Source: Prevotellaceae bacterium UBA4301
GTDB taxonomy: Bacteria > Bacteroidota > Bacteroidia > Bacteroidales > Bacteroidaceae
Length of the DNA stretch: 64,000 nt
Assembly: GCA_002395775.1 (NCBI GenBank)
Contig: DGUV01000075.1
Location: forward strand, 30,677 to 94,676
Direction of reading: 5' to 3'
Shown here: piece by piece, positions 17,559 through 26,250 of the stretch
Layout of the letters: each line of letters begins with the position of its first letter
Position numbering within the stretch: the first letter of the stretch is position 1
Translations under genes and position numbers: made by a program
The notes under the pieces: generated by a model
Told to the model about the DNA's origin: nothing
What the model saw: the letters and a program-made list of their open reading frames with translations, nothing else
Databases searched by the model: none

Positions 17559-17996
17559 ATGGAACTCAATATCAAGAAACTGACGGACACCGATAGGGTG
17601 GCGAAACTGAAGCAGTATGTTTATGACATCGTAGGATGTTGTCAGCATGTGCATGCAGAAATGGGACCATGGCTCAACGAATACATCTATCAGGAAGCAC
17701 TGCAGATTGCACTGGAACAGGCTGGCATCGCATCTGAACGAGAATACTGTTTCACAGTGTGCTACATGGGCAAAACACTTTCGAAGAAGCATTTTGTGGA
17801 TTTCCGATGCAAGGGCAATGTCTTTGTAGAGTGTAAGGCCATACAGTCGCTGGGCAATGAGCAGCGTCAGCAGTTGTGGAACTACATGAGGCTGACAAAC
17901 ACTCCCATTGGAATCCTTTTCAACTTTGCACCCGCTAAGGACCAATGTGAGAAATACTTCTACGATGCCGCCTCAAAGTCTATCTCCGCATTCTGA
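17559..17996 (+). CDS. GxxExxY family protein (PD-(D/E)XK-like, 23S IVS-associated family)
   Basis: 145 aa containing GPWLNEYIYQEAL (the G-x-x-E-x-x-Y motif), VDFRCKGNVFVECK and GILFNF. Confidence 0.8.
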   Translation: MELNIKKLTDTDRVAKLKQYVYDIVGCCQHVHAEMGPWLNEYIYQEALQIALEQAGIASEREYCFTVCYMGKTLSKKHFVDFRCKGNVFVECKAIQSLGNEQRQQLWNYMRLTNTPIGILFNFAPAKDQCEKYFYDAASKSISAF

Positions 17997-18002
17997 ACGG
18001 GA

Positions 18003-18208
18003 GGACATTGAACAAAAACCAAGAAAACACTTTGACGGAGCCTCGATTTAACAAAAACATAGAAAACACTTTGATGAAGTGGGAGGACTTCCAGTCCTCT
18101 GACCTAAGCCTCGTATAAGCTATCATGAGCAAGCTCACATAGCCTATACAATACTTCGGTCACACATTCGTGTACCCACTTCTTCAAAGAAAAACAAGAA
18201 AAAACTAT
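18003..18208 (+). repeat. Right copy of the 207-bp direct repeat
   Basis: Starts 7 nt after the GxxExxY stop codon. Weaker homology continues for another 200 bp or so on both copies. Confidence 0.9.
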
Positions 18209-18531
18209 TTCCTTGTTATGCCCTGCGGTATCAATATATGGTTTTCAAGGTTTTCATTGATGAAGCGCCTAGAACGAAGTGAAGCTATTGGGCCGTGAAT
18301 GGTGGTGGGAACTTGTTCACAAATACCATACACGGAACAAGAGAGGAAGGGCCGACAGGACATCTTGCGCTTCAACAATAGGTTTTATTGGTTTTCTTTG
18401 ATGAATCAACATGCCCTCACGCGCGTACGCGCATACATTAAATAATATTATATATGGGGGGGGTATATGGCTACGGCCTATAGGCTGCGGCACACGAAGA
18501 ACAATTGCACATTAAGCCATAAACGGGATGT

Positions 18532-19296
18532 TTATGGCTTTGTGTCTCCCTCTATGTAGTTCTCGAGATAGAGGTGCTGACCATCGAAGACGGCATAGGT
18601 GAACTGGCTGATCCAGTCGCCGAGGATGAGCATGCGACAGGTGTGGGAGAGCATGAGGTCGAGCTCGATGTGGCGATGACCGAAGATGAAGTAGTTGATG
18701 TCGGGATGGGAGGCCAGGTATTGCTTGGCATAGAGGACGAGATGTTCGCGGTCCTCACCGAGATAAGGAGGATCGCCTCCGTCGCCATGGCTGATGCGGC
18801 TGTGGCGTGCCCAGGAGAGGCCGAAGCGCATACCGAGGTCGGGATGGAGCCAACGGAAGAGCCACTGGCAAAGGGGGCTGTGGAAGATGGAGCGTATGAC
18901 GCGGAACTTGGGGTCGGGGTCGCCGAGTCCGTCGCCGTGACCGAGGTAGAAGGTCTGGTCGGCCAGGGAGAGCGTCATGGGTTGGCGGTGGAGAATGACG
19001 CCGCACTCCTCGGTGAGATAGTCCCATGTCCAGATGTCGTGGTTGCCCGTGAAGTAGTGGACTTCGACACCGAGGTCGGTGAGTTCGGATATCTTACCCA
19101 GGAAACGGGTGAAGCCGCGGGGTACGACGGTTCGGTATTCGAACCAGAAGTCGAACATGTCTCCGAGGAGATAGACGGCTTCGGCCTTGTCCTTGATTTC
19201 GTCGAGGAAACGCACGAGGCGGCGCTCCTGCTGCCTTGTGTGTTTCAAGGCTTTACTGCCCAAGTGGGCGTCAGAGAGAAAGTAGATATTCTTCAT
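18532..19296 (-). CDS. lpxH: UDP-2,3-diacylglucosamine diphosphatase
   Basis: MKNIYFLSDAHLG...GDMFDFWFEY...GNHD...GHRH are calcineurin-like metallophosphoesterase motifs typical of LpxH. Confidence 0.85.
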   Translation of the reverse strand: MKNIYFLSDAHLGSKALKHTRQQERRLVRFLDEIKDKAEAVYLLGDMFDFWFEYRTVVPRGFTRFLGKISELTDLGVEVHYFTGNHDIWTWDYLTEECGVILHRQPMTLSLADQTFYLGHGDGLGDPDPKFRVIRSIFHSPLCQWLFRWLHPDLGMRFGLSWARHSRISHGDGGDPPYLGEDREHLVLYAKQYLASHPDINYFIFGHRHIELDLMLSHTCRMLILGDWISQFTYAVFDGQHLYLENYIEGDTKP

Positions 19297-19303
19297 TTCT
19301 TAA

Positions 19304-19332
19304 GGAGTTAACGACCTGCGGTCGAGGAGTTA
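19304..19332. repeat. Family D module (GGAGTTAA-hairpin-GGAGTTA), inverted relative to 19835..19948
   Basis: ggagttaa cgacc tgc ggtcg a ggagtta. Confidence 0.8.
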
Positions 19333-19441
19333 TATTGGGAGTTATGTGGGGAGTTATATTGGGAGTTATATTGGGAGTTATGTGGGGAGTTATGTGGGGA
19401 GTTATGTGGGGAGTTATTGTTCACTGGAGTTATGTTGAGAC
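19326..19441. repeat. 12-bp tandem repeat (GGAGTTATRTKG), 7 units plus 2 degenerate units
   Basis: Units start at 19326, 338, 350, 362, 374, 386 and 398. Degenerate units start at 19410 and 19426. The array overlaps the last codons of the four-helix-bundle ORF. Confidence 0.9.
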
Positions 19442-19812
19442 TTGGCGGTAGAGGCCGAGGATTTCTCTCTTATTCCCTTGCAATAGGCATTAAGGTATAC
19501 GCTAGCACCTTCAAGAGAGTGATTGAGTTCTTCATGTTCTTCAGAACTAATGTAATCCAGATCGCGAGAAAGCATAATATAAAAACGACATTCTTCCAAA
19601 CTGCCTTGGGCAATGTTAAGGAAACGAAGTTTATCAGCTATGCTGAGCTTTTTATATCCTTCGGCAATATTAGCCGTTATTGATACGGCAGCTCTTTGGA
19701 ATTGTGACGCAAGACCATAACGCTCATAATCTGGGAATTTACGAGTTACTTTGTAAGTCATTAGCACAAACTCATAAGCCTTCTGCCATGCAATTATATC
19801 CTTGAATGTCAT
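19414..19812 (-). CDS. Four-helix-bundle protein (23S rRNA intervening-sequence protein / Avd-like family)
   Basis: 132 aa with WQKAYEFVLMTYKVTRKFP...RAAVSITANIAEGY...LNIAQGSLEE, the family signature. Confidence 0.85.
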   Translation of the reverse strand: MTFKDIIAWQKAYEFVLMTYKVTRKFPDYERYGLASQFQRAAVSITANIAEGYKKLSIADKLRFLNIAQGSLEECRFYIMLSRDLDYISSEEHEELNHSLEGASVYLNAYCKGIREKSSASTAKSQHNSSEQ

Positions 19813-19834
19813 GTATTCTTTTTTTATTACCTTT

Positions 19835-19948
19835 TAACTCCTCGACCAAAGGTCGTTAACTCCTTTTATTACCTTTTAACTCCTCAACTATGGTTGTTAA
19901 CTCCTTGCTCAAGGAGCATTAACTCCTCGACCAAAGGTCGTTAACTCC
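19835..19948. repeat. Four chained family D modules (TAACTCC-hairpin-TTAACTCC)
   Basis: Modules lie at 19835-63, 19877-904, 19898-926 and 19920-48. Their stems are cgacc/ggtcg, caac/gttg, tgctc/gagca and cgacc/ggtcg. Confidence 0.85.
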
Positions 19949-19953
19949 TTTTA

Positions 19954-20268
19954 TTACATCATCCCCAGTTCCAACTTCGCTTCTTCGGACATCATGTCCT
20001 TGTCCCACTCGGGTTCGAAGACCAGATTGACATCGACGTGGCGGAGGCCATCGATGGTCTCGAGCTTCTGGCGCACGTCCTCCATGATGAAGTCGGCGGC
20101 AGGGCAGTTGGGGGCGGTGAGCGTCATATCGACCTGAAGCTCGGTGGCATCGTCGGAGAGTTCGATGCGATAGATGAGTCCGAGGTCATAGATGTTGACG
20201 GGGATTTCGGGGTCATAGACGGTCTTGAGGAGGTCGATGACTTTTTCTTGTATCTCTATTTGGTCCAT
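19954..20268 (-). CDS. DUF59/MIP18-family Fe-S cluster assembly protein (SufT/PaaD-like)
   Basis: VYDPEIPVNIYDLGLIY...MTLTAPNCPAA. The start was set at the ATG at 20268 to avoid overlap with radC. Confidence 0.75.
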   Translation of the reverse strand: MDQIEIQEKVIDLLKTVYDPEIPVNIYDLGLIYRIELSDDATELQVDMTLTAPNCPAADFIMEDVRQKLETIDGLRHVDVNLVFEPEWDKDMMSEEAKLELGMM

Positions 20269-20305
20269 TATCAATTTCCAATTATCAATTTTCAATTTTC
20301 CATTT

Positions 20306-21070
20306 TCATATCTTCCCTTGTTCGCGATAGCTGTAGTAGCCTGTGTCGGCAACGATGATGTGGTCGGTGAACTGGATGTTCATGGTCTCACAGGCCGACT
20401 GTACGGAGCGGGTGAGGCGGTCGTCCTCGCGACTGGGGCGGAGATTGCCGCTGGGATGGTTGTGGCAAAGGATGAGGGCGGTGGCCCGTTGGAGCAGGGC
20501 CTGGCGCATGACCTCGCGCACATCGACGGCGGTGCCTGCGATGCCTCCGCGACTGATGAGGGCAGAGGAGATGATGCTGTGGTTTTGGCGCAGGAAGAGC
20601 ACGCGGCACTCCTCGAGCGGAAGGTCGCGCATGTCGGCAAAGTATTCGTAGGCCTGACTGCTGTCGGTGATGCAGCGGCGCGACACCACTTCCTCGCGAC
20701 GCCGACGGCTGCCCAGTTCGCAGGCTGCGAGCAGGGTGATGGCCTTGGCCTCGCCGATGCCCTTGTAGCGACTGGTGAGGTCGTTGATGGAGAGGCGTCC
20801 CAGGGCATTGAGACTGTTGTCGCAGTCGTGCAGGACGCGTTGCATGAGTCCGACGGCTGTCTCCTCGGCATTGCCGCTGCCGATGAGTATGGCCAGCAGC
20901 TCGGCATCGGAGAGGGCTGCGGACCCGTGGGCCATCATCTTCTCACGAGGGCGTGCGTCAAGGGGGAGGGATTTTATTGTTAATGATTTTCTTCCAATAG
21001 AAGGCTCACCCCCTTGCCCCTCCCTATTAAGGAGGGGGAATGTTACGTCTAATGTCCCGGTCTTTTTCAT
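20306..21070 (-). CDS. radC: RadC-family JAB/MPN domain protein
   Basis: SLPLDARPREKM, AELLAILIGSG and the JAMM motif HNHPSGNLRPSREDDRLT. The first ATG is at 21070 and the longer ORF begins with TTG. Confidence 0.85.
   Translation of the reverse strand: MKKTGTLDVTFPLLNREGQGGEPSIGRKSLTIKSLPLDARPREKMMAHGSAALSDAELLAILIGSGNAEETAVGLMQRVLHDCDNSLNALGRLSINDLTSRYKGIGEAKAITLLAACELGSRRRREEVVSRRCITDSSQAYEYFADMRDLPLEECRVLFLRQNHSIISSALISRGGIAGTAVDVREVMRQALLQRATALILCHNHPSGNLRPSREDDRLTRSVQSACETMNIQFTDHIIVADTGYYSYREQGKI
21003..21042. repeat. Family A arm inside the radC 5' coding end
   Basis: ggctcacccccttgcccctccctattaaggagggggaatg. On the minus strand it encodes TFPLLNREGQGGEPS, ahead of the conserved RadC N-terminal motif. 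Confidence 0.65.
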
Positions 21071-21082
21071 TACAACAATTTT

Positions 21083-21122
21083 TAACTCCTGCGCCAAAGG
21101 CGCTTAACTCCCCTTTAACTCC
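21083..21122. repeat. Family D module plus an extra TAACTCC box
   Basis: taactcc tgcgcc aaa ggcgc ttaactcc cctt taactcc. The stem differs from other copies but stays complementary. Confidence 0.8.
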
Positions 21123-21128
21123 CCTTTT

Positions 21129-22223
21129 CTATTTATAGAAAGTTTTCTCGAAGGCTTGGAGTTCCTCGTTGCGGCCAAGGACGCAGCGGAGCCACCAGGC
21201 ACGGAGGAAGCCAGAGCCGTAGCCCAGGAGCTGGATGAACGAGGCCGGGATGCTGAGCAGGCCTACGCGCAGACTGCGGTTCTGCAGGGAAGAGTCGATG
21301 AGGATGACGAGCGCATAGAGCAAGAGCGGCAGGAGGGCCAAGCCCATGAGGGCAGCTCCGAAATAGGAGACGACGAGTCCCATGTTGCATCCCGTGGGTC
21401 CGCAATAGGCTGAGCAAAGGTCGAGAATCAGGAACACGAGGCCCGTGAGGAAGACGGCGGACAGGGTGGCGACGCCTACAGTGAAGACGGCGGGCAGGAG
21501 GTGGACCAACTTGAGGCTGTCGGGATGGCGCTTATAGAGATTGATGCGCGCGATGCCGCTATTGTGGACCTGACGGAAGAACTTGCGGAAGTCTGTCCTG
21601 CGCTTGTGCCATACCCAAGCCTCGGGGAAGAGGCGACAACGGGCGCCCGACTTGAAGATGCGAATGCTGAAGTCGATGTCCTCGCCGAATCGCATGCGGG
21701 AGAAACCGCCAAGGCGGTCGTAGAGCGACTTCTGGATGCCCATGTTGAAGGAGCGGGGATAGAACTTATCGAGAGCCCCTTTCTTTTTCCCTCCGCGGAT
21801 GCCGCCGGTGGTGAAGAACGAGGTCATGGAATAGTTGATGGCCTTCTGGACAGGCGTGAAGCTCTCGTGGGCACGGTCGGGACCACCGAAGGCCTCGCAG
21901 GGGCGGTCGGTGAGTTCCTTGTCAACCTCCGAGAGATAGCCTTCGGGAAGCACCACATCGCTGTCCAGGACGATGAGATACTGGCCCCGGGCACGCTCAG
22001 CACCATAGTTGCGGCTTTGGCCTGGTCCGGAGTTGGGCTTCTCGAAATAGCGAACATCCAGCTGCTGGGCATAGCGACCGACAACATCTTCACAACGGAC
22101 TTGGGAACCATCCTCGACTATCAGGACCTCGAAATCGCGGAGAGTCTGATGCGTCAGGCTCTGCAGGAGTTCGTCCACCTCGTCGGGGCGGTTGAAAACG
22201 GGAACAATGATGCTGTATTTCAT
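21129..22223 (-). CDS. Family 2 glycosyltransferase with C-terminal transmembrane segments
   Basis: MKYSIIVPVFNRPDEVDELLQSL...VEDGS...DSD, followed by a hydrophobic C-terminus. Confidence 0.8.
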   Translation of the reverse strand: MKYSIIVPVFNRPDEVDELLQSLTHQTLRDFEVLIVEDGSQVRCEDVVGRYAQQLDVRYFEKPNSGPGQSRNYGAERARGQYLIVLDSDVVLPEGYLSEVDKELTDRPCEAFGGPDRAHESFTPVQKAINYSMTSFFTTGGIRGGKKKGALDKFYPRSFNMGIQKSLYDRLGGFSRMRFGEDIDFSIRIFKSGARCRLFPEAWVWHKRRTDFRKFFRQVHNSGIARINLYKRHPDSLKLVHLLPAVFTVGVATLSAVFLTGLVFLILDLCSAYCGPTGCNMGLVVSYFGAALMGLALLPLLLYALVILIDSSLQNRSLRVGLLSIPASFIQLLGYGSGFLRAWWLRCVLGRNEELQAFEKTFYK

Positions 22224-22246
22224 GATTATATTCGCAATTATAAGGC

Positions 22247-22295
22247 CAAAGGTACGAATAAGCCATCAAAATACCAAACATGTTTGGGCATTTTC
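22247..22295 (-). repeat. Family B promoter-like module, including -7 box TACCTTTG at 22247-22254
   Basis: caaaggtacgaataagccatcaaaataccaaacatgtttgggcatttt resembles the copies at 45876.. and 31040... Confidence 0.65.
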
Positions 22296-22308
22296 ACAGA
22301 AGAATTCG

Positions 22309-22316
22309 TATATTTG
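22309..22316 (+). promoter_or_regulatory. -7 promoter box TATATTTG for dcp
   Basis: TAnnTTTG match 30 nt upstream of the ATG at 22346. Confidence 0.5.
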
Positions 22317-22345
22317 CGGTGTCAACACCTAACAACTAACCCGCT

Positions 22346-24475
22346 ATGAAAAAGAGACTCATGACCCTGGGACTGTCGGCTGCAGTGATGTCGGCAGGCA
22401 TCGTGCCCCTGACTTCCTGTCAGCAGACCAACACAGACAACCCTCTGCTGACGGAGAGCACACTGCCCTTCGGCGCTCCCGACTTCAGCAAGATTGAAGA
22501 GAGCGACTACATGCCCGCCTTTGAGGTGGCCATCAAGGAGAAGCGCGACGAAATCAGCCAAATCGTGAAGAACGAGGAAGAGCCGACGTTCGAGAACACT
22601 ATCCTGGCCCTGGAGGAAAGCGGAAAGACGCTGGACCGCGTGAGCCGCATCTTCTTTGCCCTGGTGGAGGCCGACAAGACTCCGGGCATGGGCGAGATAG
22701 AGAAAAAGGTGACGCCCATGCTGACTGACCTGGAGAACGAGATAGCCTTCAATAAAGATTTGTTTGGACGCATCAAAACGGTGTATGACCGCGACCACGA
22801 TGCCCTGGAAGGCGAGGAACAGAAACTGCTGGAAGAAACATACAAGGACTTCGTGCGCAAGGGCGCCCTGCTCTCCGACGAGGATATGGCAAGGATGAAG
22901 GAGATAAACCTGCGCATATCGGACCTGCAGACCCAATGGGGCGAGGCTCTGCCCAAGGCCACGAACGACGCCGTGGTGTGGGTGGAGAAGAAGGAAGACC
23001 TGGCCGGACTGTCGGAGGCCGACATTGCCCAATGCAAGAAGGACGCCGAGAACCTGGGCGGAAAGGCTCCCTATGCCATCGTCATCATCAACACCACGCA
23101 GCAGCCCTTGCTGACCAGCCTGGACAATCGCGACCTGCGGCGCAAGGTGTTTGAGGCCTCGCTGCACCGGGCCGACGGCACCAACACGCACAACACCTAC
23201 CCCATCGTGGTGGAGATTGCCAAACTGCGTGCTGAACAGGCCAAGCTGATGGGATATGAGAACTATGCCTCCTACTCGCTGGAGAAGACCATGGCCGGCA
23301 CGCCCGAAAGCGTGTATGCCTTCCTGAAACAACTGATTGCCGCATACACCCCGAAGGCCGAGGCCGAGACAAAGGCCATCGAAGCCTATGCCCAACGGAT
23401 CGAGGGAGCAGACTTCCGACTGGAACCTTACGACCGTTTCTACTACTCGGCCAAGATGAAGAAAGAGATGCTGGACATCTCGGACGAAGAGGTGAAGCCC
23501 TACTTCAACGTCGATAGCGTGCTGGAGAACGGCGTGTTCTATGCGGCCAACCGCGCGTATGGCCTCAGCTTCAAGCAGCGCACCGACATCCCGACTTATC
23601 ACCCCGACATGAAGGTGTTTGAGGTGCTGGACAAGGACGGAAGCCAGCTGGCTCTGTTCTATTGCGACTACTTCCGTAGGCCCACGAAGCGCGGCGGAGC
23701 CTGGATGGACGGCTTTGCCAAGCAGAGCCACCAGAGGCAGCAGAAACCTATTATCTTCAATGTATGTAACTTTGCTAAGGCACCAGAGGGTCAGCCCTCG
23801 CTGCTGACGTGGGACGAGGTGACGACACTGTTCCACGAGTTTGGCCATGCCCTGCACGGAATCCTTTCTGACTGTCGGTACAATCGATTGAGCGGAACAT
23901 CTGTCGCACGCGACTTTGTGGAGATGCCCTCGCAGTTCAACGAGTCGTTTGCCTCCATCCCCGAGGTGTTTGACCACTATGCGCGCCACTGCGAAACGGG
24001 CGAGCCCATGCCTGCCGACCTGAAGGAGAGAATGCTGAAGTCCATCAACTTCCAGACGGCCTACGCACTGGGCGAGAACCTGGCTGCCACATGCGTGGAC
24101 ATGGCCTGGCACATGTTGCCAGCCGACCAGATTCCCACGGCCGAGGAGGCTGCCAACTTTGAGAGCGAGGCACTGAAGGCAGTGGGACTGCTGAACACAC
24201 AGATTCCGCCCCGCTACAGCACCAGTTACTTCAACCACGTTTGGGGCAGCGGCTATGCTGCTGGCTATTACAGCTATCTGTGGACCGAGGTGCTGGCCGT
24301 GAACATCGCCGATGTCTTTGCCCAACGCGGTGCCTTGGCTCCGGAAACGGGACAGGACTTCCGCGACAAGGTGCTGAGCCGCGGTAACACGGGCGACCTG
24401 ATGGAGATGTTCTCGAACTTTACGGGAATGGAGAGCCCCGATGCTTCGGGACTGCTGAAAGCAAGAGGAATGTAG
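22346..24475 (+). CDS. dcp: M3-family peptidyl-dipeptidase (Dcp-like) lipoprotein
   Basis: 709 aa with a lipobox (LTSCQ), the zinc motif HEFGHALH, and overall M3 family length. Confidence 0.85.
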   Translation: MKKRLMTLGLSAAVMSAGIVPLTSCQQTNTDNPLLTESTLPFGAPDFSKIEESDYMPAFEVAIKEKRDEISQIVKNEEEPTFENTILALEESGKTLDRVSRIFFALVEADKTPGMGEIEKKVTPMLTDLENEIAFNKDLFGRIKTVYDRDHDALEGEEQKLLEETYKDFVRKGALLSDEDMARMKEINLRISDLQTQWGEALPKATNDAVVWVEKKEDLAGLSEADIAQCKKDAENLGGKAPYAIVIINTTQQPLLTSLDNRDLRRKVFEASLHRADGTNTHNTYPIVVEIAKLRAEQAKLMGYENYASYSLEKTMAGTPESVYAFLKQLIAAYTPKAEAETKAIEAYAQRIEGADFRLEPYDRFYYSAKMKKEMLDISDEEVKPYFNVDSVLENGVFYAANRAYGLSFKQRTDIPTYHPDMKVFEVLDKDGSQLALFYCDYFRRPTKRGGAWMDGFAKQSHQRQQKPIIFNVCNFAKAPEGQPSLLTWDEVTTLFHEFGHALHGILSDCRYNRLSGTSVARDFVEMPSQFNESFASIPEVFDHYARHCETGEPMPADLKERMLKSINFQTAYALGENLAATCVDMAWHMLPADQIPTAEEAANFESEALKAVGLLNTQIPPRYSTSYFNHVWGSGYAAGYYSYLWTEVLAVNIADVFAQRGALAPETGQDFRDKVLSRGNTGDLMEMFSNFTGMESPDASGLLKARGM

Positions 24476-24541
24476 AATAATTAAATTAAAAATTAAAAGA
24501 TAAAAGTTAAGATAAAAGATATACGATATAAGATAAAAAAC

Positions 24542-24574
24542 AGCGAAGGGGCACCTTGTGGGTGTCCCTTCGCT
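24542..24574. terminator. Bidirectional hairpin between dcp and efp
   Basis: Stems agcgaaggg and cccttcgct (9 bp) lie between the convergent stop codons. Confidence 0.6.
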
Positions 24575-24595
24575 ATTTGGTGAGTCAATAAGATA

Positions 24596-25162
24596 TTAAG
24601 CCTTGACGCGACCGAGGTAAGAACCATCGCGCGTGTCAACCTCGACAATCTCGCCCTCGTTGATGAAGAGGGGAACGCGAATCTCGGCACCCGTCTCAAC
24701 CTTGGCAGGCTTGAGGGTGTTGGTGGCGGTGTCACCCTTGAGGCCGGGCTCGGTCCAAGTGATTTCGAGGTGAACCTTTGCAGGCAGTTCGGCATAGAGG
24801 ACGGTCTCAGTGCTGGCATCGGCAACGACCTCAACATTCTGACCCTCCTTCATGAACTTCACACCAGTAACCTGGTCGGCAGGAATGGTGATCTGCTCGA
24901 AGGTCTCGTTGTTCATGAAGATGTAGTCCTCGCCTTCCTTGTAGAGATACTGATAGGGACGACGCTCTACGCGTACGTCCTCCAGCTTCTCGCCGATGTT
25001 GAAGCGACGCTCCAGTACGTTGCCGCTGACAACGTCCTTGAGGGTGACGTTCATGATGGTGTTACCCTTTCCTGGCTTGCGGTGCAGGAAGTCGATGCAG
25101 AAGTAGAGCTTGCCATCCATACGGATGCAGGTGCCCTTCTTGATGTCTTGTGAATTGATCAT
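24596..25162 (-). CDS. efp: Elongation factor P
   Basis: 188 aa with MINSQDIKKGTCIRMDGKLY...KPGKGNT... Confidence 0.9.
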   Translation of the reverse strand: MINSQDIKKGTCIRMDGKLYFCIDFLHRKPGKGNTIMNVTLKDVVSGNVLERRFNIGEKLEDVRVERRPYQYLYKEGEDYIFMNNETFEQITIPADQVTGVKFMKEGQNVEVVADASTETVLYAELPAKVHLEITWTEPGLKGDTATNTLKPAKVETGAEIRVPLFINEGEIVEVDTRDGSYLGRVKA

Positions 25163-25313
25163 ATATATAAAAGTTTAACGGGTTAACGGGTTAACGGGGT
25201 AACGGGGGGAATTTTTATGCGTTTTATGTGGGTTATTGGGGTAACTTGCAGGGGTTATATGATTTTTCGGGTGCAAAAGTAGTAAAAAATTTGCACGTAT
25301 CAAAAAAAGTCTG

Positions 25314-25321
25314 TAATTTTG
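25314..25321 (+). promoter_or_regulatory. -7 promoter box TAATTTTG for rpmH
   Basis: TAnnTTTG match 35 nt upstream of the ATG at 25356. Confidence 0.5.
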
Positions 25322-25355
25322 CAGGCCGAAAATAATAAAAACGATATAAAATAAG

Positions 25356-25511
25356 ATGAAGAGAACATTCCAACCCCACAATCGCCGTCGCAACAACAAG
25401 CACGGTTTCCGTCAGAGAATGGCTACCGCCAACGGTCGCCGAGTATTGGCTGCGCGCCGCGCTAAGGGCCGCAAGAAGTTGACCGTAGCTGACGAGCATC
25501 ACGGAAAGTGA
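25356..25511 (+). CDS. rpmH: 50S ribosomal protein L34
   Basis: Hand-translated 51 aa ORF: [51 protein letters not shown]. It is absent from the supplied ORF list, which contains no ORF shorter than 60 aa. Confidence 0.9.
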   Translation: MKRTFQPHNRRRNNKHGFRQRMATANGRRVLAARRAKGRKKLTVADEHHGK

Positions 25512-25534
25512 TTGCACGCAAAAAAGGACTAAGA

Positions 25535-25558
25535 GAGCAGGTTTCCCTGCTCTTTTTT
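25535..25558 (+). terminator. Rho-independent terminator after rpmH
   Basis: Stem GAGCAGG, loop tttc, stem CCTGCTC, followed by TTTTTT. Confidence 0.8.
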
Positions 25559-25614
25559 GTTTTATAGGAAAAGATTTTGTAATTTTACCCCCTAAATAAA
25601 AGAAGATTACGCGC

Positions 25615-26250
25615 ATGAGCCTGAAAAAGAAACTCCTGAGCCCCATCATCTGGGGCAATCTGCTGGTGATGGCACTGGCCGTGGTGGCATTGAGCATAGG
25701 CCTGTGGGTGGGACTGGACAAGTACACCCATCACGGTGAGGAAATCATGGTGCCCGATGTGGAAGGCAAACTCATCGGCGATGCCGAATACACACTGGAG
25801 ATGCTCGACCTGGTGGCCGTGGTCGTGGATTCGACCTACAACAGGCAATTGCCCTCGGGAGCCGTCATGCTGCAGCAGCCCAAAGGCGGCAGCAAGGTGA
25901 AGTCGGGGAGAGAAATCTACCTGACCATCAACTCACGCGAATCGCCCACGGTGGGCCTGCCCGACATTGCCGACAACTGCTCGATGCGCGAAGCAGAGGA
26001 CCGACTGCGCTCGCTGGGCTTCAGACTGGGGCCCGTGGAAATGGTGGCAGGCGACAAAGACTGGGTGTATGGGGTGAAATGCAAGGGCCGCACCGTGATG
26101 ACGGGCGAGCGCATCCCCACCGATGCCGTGCTGACCCTGATGGTGGGCAACGGCGTGCAAGAGGAAGAATGGTTTGACTACGACGACGAGGAACCCGACA
26201 GTCTGGGGACCGACGTTGAAGCAGAACCCGAAACTGACGTGGATGAATAG
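25615..26250 (+). CDS. PASTA domain-containing membrane protein
   Basis: It has an N-terminal transmembrane helix followed by repeated segments of about 65 aa (VPDVEGK...G..V..Q.P..G..V..G..I.L) typical of PASTA repeats. Confidence 0.7.
   Translation: MSLKKKLLSPIIWGNLLVMALAVVALSIGLWVGLDKYTHHGEEIMVPDVEGKLIGDAEYTLEMLDLVAVVVDSTYNRQLPSGAVMLQQPKGGSKVKSGREIYLTINSRESPTVGLPDIADNCSMREAEDRLRSLGFRLGPVEMVAGDKDWVYGVKCKGRTVMTGERIPTDAVLTLMVGNGVQEEEWFDYDDEEPDSLGTDVEAEPETDVDE

Noticed and set aside
19326-19441. Possible CRISPR array from the regularly spaced repeats here and at 19835..19948.
   Set aside because: The units are 12 bp with no spacers, or are chained 28-bp hairpin modules that share boxes. No unique spacers of 25-40 bp and no cas genes are present.
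19236-19451. 71-aa ORF encoding (GVIL/GVMW)n.
   Set aside because: It is simply the translation of the 12-bp GGAGTTATRTKG tandem repeat between lpxH and the four-helix-bundle gene. It has no start context.
25160-25215. gttaacgg x3-4 micro-repeat upstream of efp as a regulatory element.
   Set aside because: It is only a short 8-bp microsatellite with no dyad symmetry or recurrence elsewhere in the window. The evidence is insufficient.
25175-25727. Minus-strand ORFs 25175..25399 and 25233..25727.
   Set aside because: They overlap the unmistakable plus-strand rpmH (L34) gene, its promoter and its terminator.
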